The translations under genes were made by a program, and so were the position numbers. 64,000 nt of DNA from contig OZ316892.1 in NCBI GenBank assembly GCA_973895155.1, forward strand, positions 26,745,233-26,809,232. Direction: 5' to 3'. The DNA comes from Marsupella aquatica (Eukaryota > Plantae > Marchantiophyta). The notes beneath the pieces were generated by a model. It did not search any database. It saw only the letters and a program-made list of their open reading frames with translations, and was not told the origin of the DNA. Below, piece after piece: positions 60,270 through 64,000 of the stretch (position 1 is the stretch's first letter; each line of letters opens with the position of its first letter).

Positions 60270-61330
60270 CTGATGGATTTTCATGAAGCAATTTCCAGAA
60301 AGGAGATTCGATGCTGTTCTGCTCGATGAATTTTCGTCACCAAATTTTGCAGTAAGCGGGGGTGATCTCAGAAAGATTGGGAGATTTGATGCTGCTCTGC
60401 TCCACCGATTTCATCAACTTATGACATCTCCTCGAAGCGAGGAAGATCTGATGCAGGTGTGCTCGATGAATTTCAGGACCCAGTGTCCGCTAAGCCATCA
60501 CAATTCGATGCTGTCATTTCTGTTATGATGAAATTCTGGATTCGTTAGGATGAAATTTGCAGTACGCTGTGGAGATCTCTGTAAGCCATGGATATTGGAA
60601 GGACGTGGTCGATGGCTTTCGTTACAAAATTTGCAAATTGAAAGGGGAAGATCTGAAACTCGGGGGCACTTGATGCGGTCCTCCTCGATCGATTCCATCA
60701 ACTTACTCATCTCCACGAAGCGAGGAAGATTTGACGCTATTGTGATTGATGAATTTCATGACCCACTCTCCCTTAAAGCCATTACAATTCGATAGAATTC
60801 GTTACGATGAAATTTGCAGTACGCGAGGTAGATCTCTGTAAGCCAGGGAGATTGGATGCTCGTTTTCGATGGAATTCATAACGAAATTTGTAAGTGAAAA
60901 GGGGAGATTTCAGATAGTCGCGGGCATTTGATGCTGTCCTGCTCGATCGATTTCATCCACTTACTCATCTCCACGAAGTGACCAAGTGAGGAAGATCTGA
61001 CGCTGTTGTGCTCGATGGATTTCATGACTCACTCTCACTAAGCCACTACGATTTGACGCTCTCCTTGAATCCTGTTCGATGGGTCTTGTCATGATGAGGC
61101 ATGATGCAAGTTTCGTCACGATGAGATTTGCTGTACGCGGTGGAGATCTCTGTAGGCCAGGAAGTTTTAATGCTCGTTATGTTCGATGGCTTTCATAACG
61201 AAATTTTGCAAAGTAAACGGTGAACTATCAGTAAGGTAGGGCCATCTGATGCAGTGGTGGTCTAGAAATTTCATGGACCAAATTTCTACTGAACTCGGGA
61301 TATTTGATGCTGTTCTGTGGAATGGGATAA
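60270..61330. repeat. degenerate ~260-310 bp tandem repeat (3-4 copies) with internal subrepeats
   Basis: GATGAAATTTGCAGTACGC..TGGAGATCTCTGTAAGCCA.G at ~60549, ~60806 and ~61120. GATGCTGT.CTGCTCGAT.GATTTCAT subrepeats. Confidence 0.8.
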
Positions 61331-64000
61331 GATATCGAGCGACTTTCTCCAAGGGGAAAAAGTTTTGGAAACGGGAAGAAGCTGCTATTGCCGATGATTT
61401 CAGGCTCATTCGCGAATATTGAAGCTCATCGATAGCCGAGTAGTCGAGAACATGAAGCAAACAAATGACCATGGATCCCTTTGTTACACATTGTAAGTTC
61501 CTTCAGGATCTTATAAATGGTCGTCTTGAGAAAATTATGCCAAAGATGGAGAACACAGTAAGAGCTGAAGAAACTTTTGAAACGAGATTGACTGCAATGA
61601 TCAGTGTCTTAGTGTTGTTCGGACATCAGTACCGATGGCGAGAGTAGAGAGGTAAAAACAACAAGCGTGTCAAATTTTGGATCTTTCAAGAAATCGTAAC
61701 CCGCCCGCAACAGTCCCGGTGTTCGGAGAGTCGCTGTGTGTGGTCTTTTCCAAACAAGAGGACGGATTGATCGAAGGGAAGTACGGGAATAACTACAGTA
61801 AGATCCTTCAGGAACTTCAAGATCAACTCGTGAACTTTGTTTCTTTCTCAATTGTCACTCTCGTTATCTGTAATAATATGAAGCGGAGAAAACAGAAAAC
61901 AAAGTGGTCTAGTAGAGAGAGCTAAACGTGAGGAAGGAGAGCCGTTGTAATATTCTGTACACAGAGATCTTTCCAAAAGTCTCTTTCGATAATGGTTCTC
62001 CAGTCCTTTCCAGACCCCGCAAGAGGTCGAGAAAACAGAGAACAGACCTCTAATTAGAACATATGAATTTAGTCCTCTAACAGGTCTGTTCTGTTTAGAA
62101 TAAGAACACACTCCCAAAGAACAAAAGTCCAGAGGATCCCGACGGCAAGGTAAGAGACCCAATAAAGGGGATAAAAAAGGAAAAACCTGTGACTACCAAC
62201 GAGCAAAAAGCCTGCGAGTCACCCATGACAGCAAATGAGCCAAAGCACTAATTAGCAATAAACTTGAAAGTCTGGTAAAGCTCTGGAGTAAACCACATAT
62301 CAAGGTCGCAAGACAAATTTGTAGAGAGGCTCTAAAACAGGATTGGCCCTCCCCAGAATGTTGAATGCCTGAGATGCCCCTCCCCAGAATAGTGAATGCC
62401 TTCCCCAGAAGTGAATGCCTGAGAATGCCCGAGTTAGGGGTGCAAAAGACATCCGTTATCTAAAAAAACACTGACAGAAACGTTTGATCTGTTTATGAGA
62501 AAAAACTCAATCCGTCTAGAACAGTTGACCTGTTTCACAACAGTATTTAGTATTTCCCAGACAGCTCGAGCAATGAATATATAGTAGAGCGACAAACTGA
62601 TGACAGTGTTATCAAGACTATACGCGTCGTCCCCCTCTGACTGTGCATACACTTGCTGTCAATTTGACGGCAGTACTCCGCAATGAAGGATGGAAACAGC
62701 AGAGAGACGAAAGATATGTTGAAAGAAAAATACATGTCTGCCACTTCGTACTGCACAGAAGCTGTCAAAGTCATTTGTCTGGAACACGGCGAGAACGATG
62801 GAAACAGACAGAGAGCGAAAGACGGAAGAAAAAATTATCAACAGTACGTTAGCTTCGTTGATATAATTAAACCTACAGTATCAATTCAAAGGAGTCATAC
62901 TCAATCACCGACATAGGGAAATTGAAGCCTGCATGGGACTGAGCTTGTGGACCATCCAATCTCCATGGACTGTGACACCCTTAACATTGTCACCGGCTCA
63001 TCTTGGTCCTGTTTTGAAAGATGTTGATGAGAAAATTCTCTTCATATGCAGAGGAATTGCTTGTTCTTGATTTAGTTAGAAGCGGCTTGAAAAGAACTTT
63101 CAGACCACTCTAATATGGTCAACTTTTGTTAAGAAGTGAGAGAGCTATCAATTTTCAAAAACTGCCCCCTCACTCGATGTACTCGTCTCGTTTTTTAAAA
63201 GTTTTTTAAATGCAATTGTTTACGTCCAATTTCTCGCTGGGTATGCAGTGGAATTGACTGTTCGTAGATTCCAAGTAGCTTGGAAATATCTTTCCATCCA
63301 GTGTGATGTAGCCAACTTTCATAAAGCATTAAAGAGCTACAAATTTCAAAAGGTGATTGTCTTTTCGTCAATCACATTTCACTCTTCTAAGCAATGTATA
63401 ATCTGGGCAGAACAAGAAAGTTTGGCTGCAGCAAATTGCATGTTGCAAAATTCCATCAGACCCACCATTTGACAGACGAGGTCCACCTTGGCTTCAATTT
63501 CCAGACATACGGGAGCGAAAGAAACCCAACCACAAAAATACAGGCACGTCCGAAAATCTACAGATAGTGATATAGCTGACTGTACTTGGTGCCAACTGGA
63601 GAGAGGTAGAGATCGAGTTCCAAGCGAGCAATGATGGGCACTCAAACAGCGAAAGAGGCCATTTTCATAGGGTGGCGATATTTGTACAGTACTCGAGTTC
63701 AGTCCAGCTAGGTGCGTTTTGCACTTTTTCCAAGGTGAGTGTGCAAATCATTGAAGATATTATAGAGGAGTTTTTATGGGAAACTCATTTAACATGGCTA
63801 TTGGGCCCCACCACATTACCTTGCTTGTTGGAAGAAGGTGAAGCATGAGAATGTATGTCTTCACATTTCTTGGGCTTAAGGCAGAAGGTGAAGACATGAC
63901 CATGTATGTCTTCACGCTTCATGCAAGTGAAGGTAGAGTTTGCTCGACATTGGTCATGAAGCAAGTGTGCCCCACTTTACCAATCTTCATTGTGGAACCC

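Noticed and set aside
62435-62983. hAT-type element bounded by TAGGGGTG...CACCCTTA
   Set aside because: The termini are short and imperfect and there is no 8-bp target-site duplication.

Overview
Eukaryotic plant nuclear DNA with GT-AG introns. A bryophyte, possibly a liverwort, is my inference from gene content and transposon types. Two intact multi-exon genes lie on the + strand: a divergent AUX1/LAX-family permease (32722-37038, 8 exons) and a leucyl aminopeptidase of family M17 with a transit peptide (54188-58893, 10 exons). The - strand carries a tRNA-Ile(AAT) gene and a small orphan ORF with a signal peptide and one transmembrane segment. Mobile DNA includes a very young full-length Ty1/copia element (12182-18300, 457-bp LTRs with one difference seen, TGGGT target-site duplication). 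Its gag and pol are in the same frame and separated by a single TGA. Also present are a CRE/R2-group non-LTR retrotransposon with a restriction-like endonuclease (~45620-49830), an L1-type LINE remnant interrupted by a MITE with an 8-bp duplication, a second MITE, and two copies of a non-autonomous Helitron. The rest is decayed gene remnants (several weakly F-box-like) and many tandem repeats. The best leads are the gag-UGA-pol junction, the AUG-less retrotransposon with a hairpin-rich leader, and a five-copy repeat carrying strong splice donors upstream of the orphan membrane gene. No database searches were possible; family assignments rest on motif recognition.
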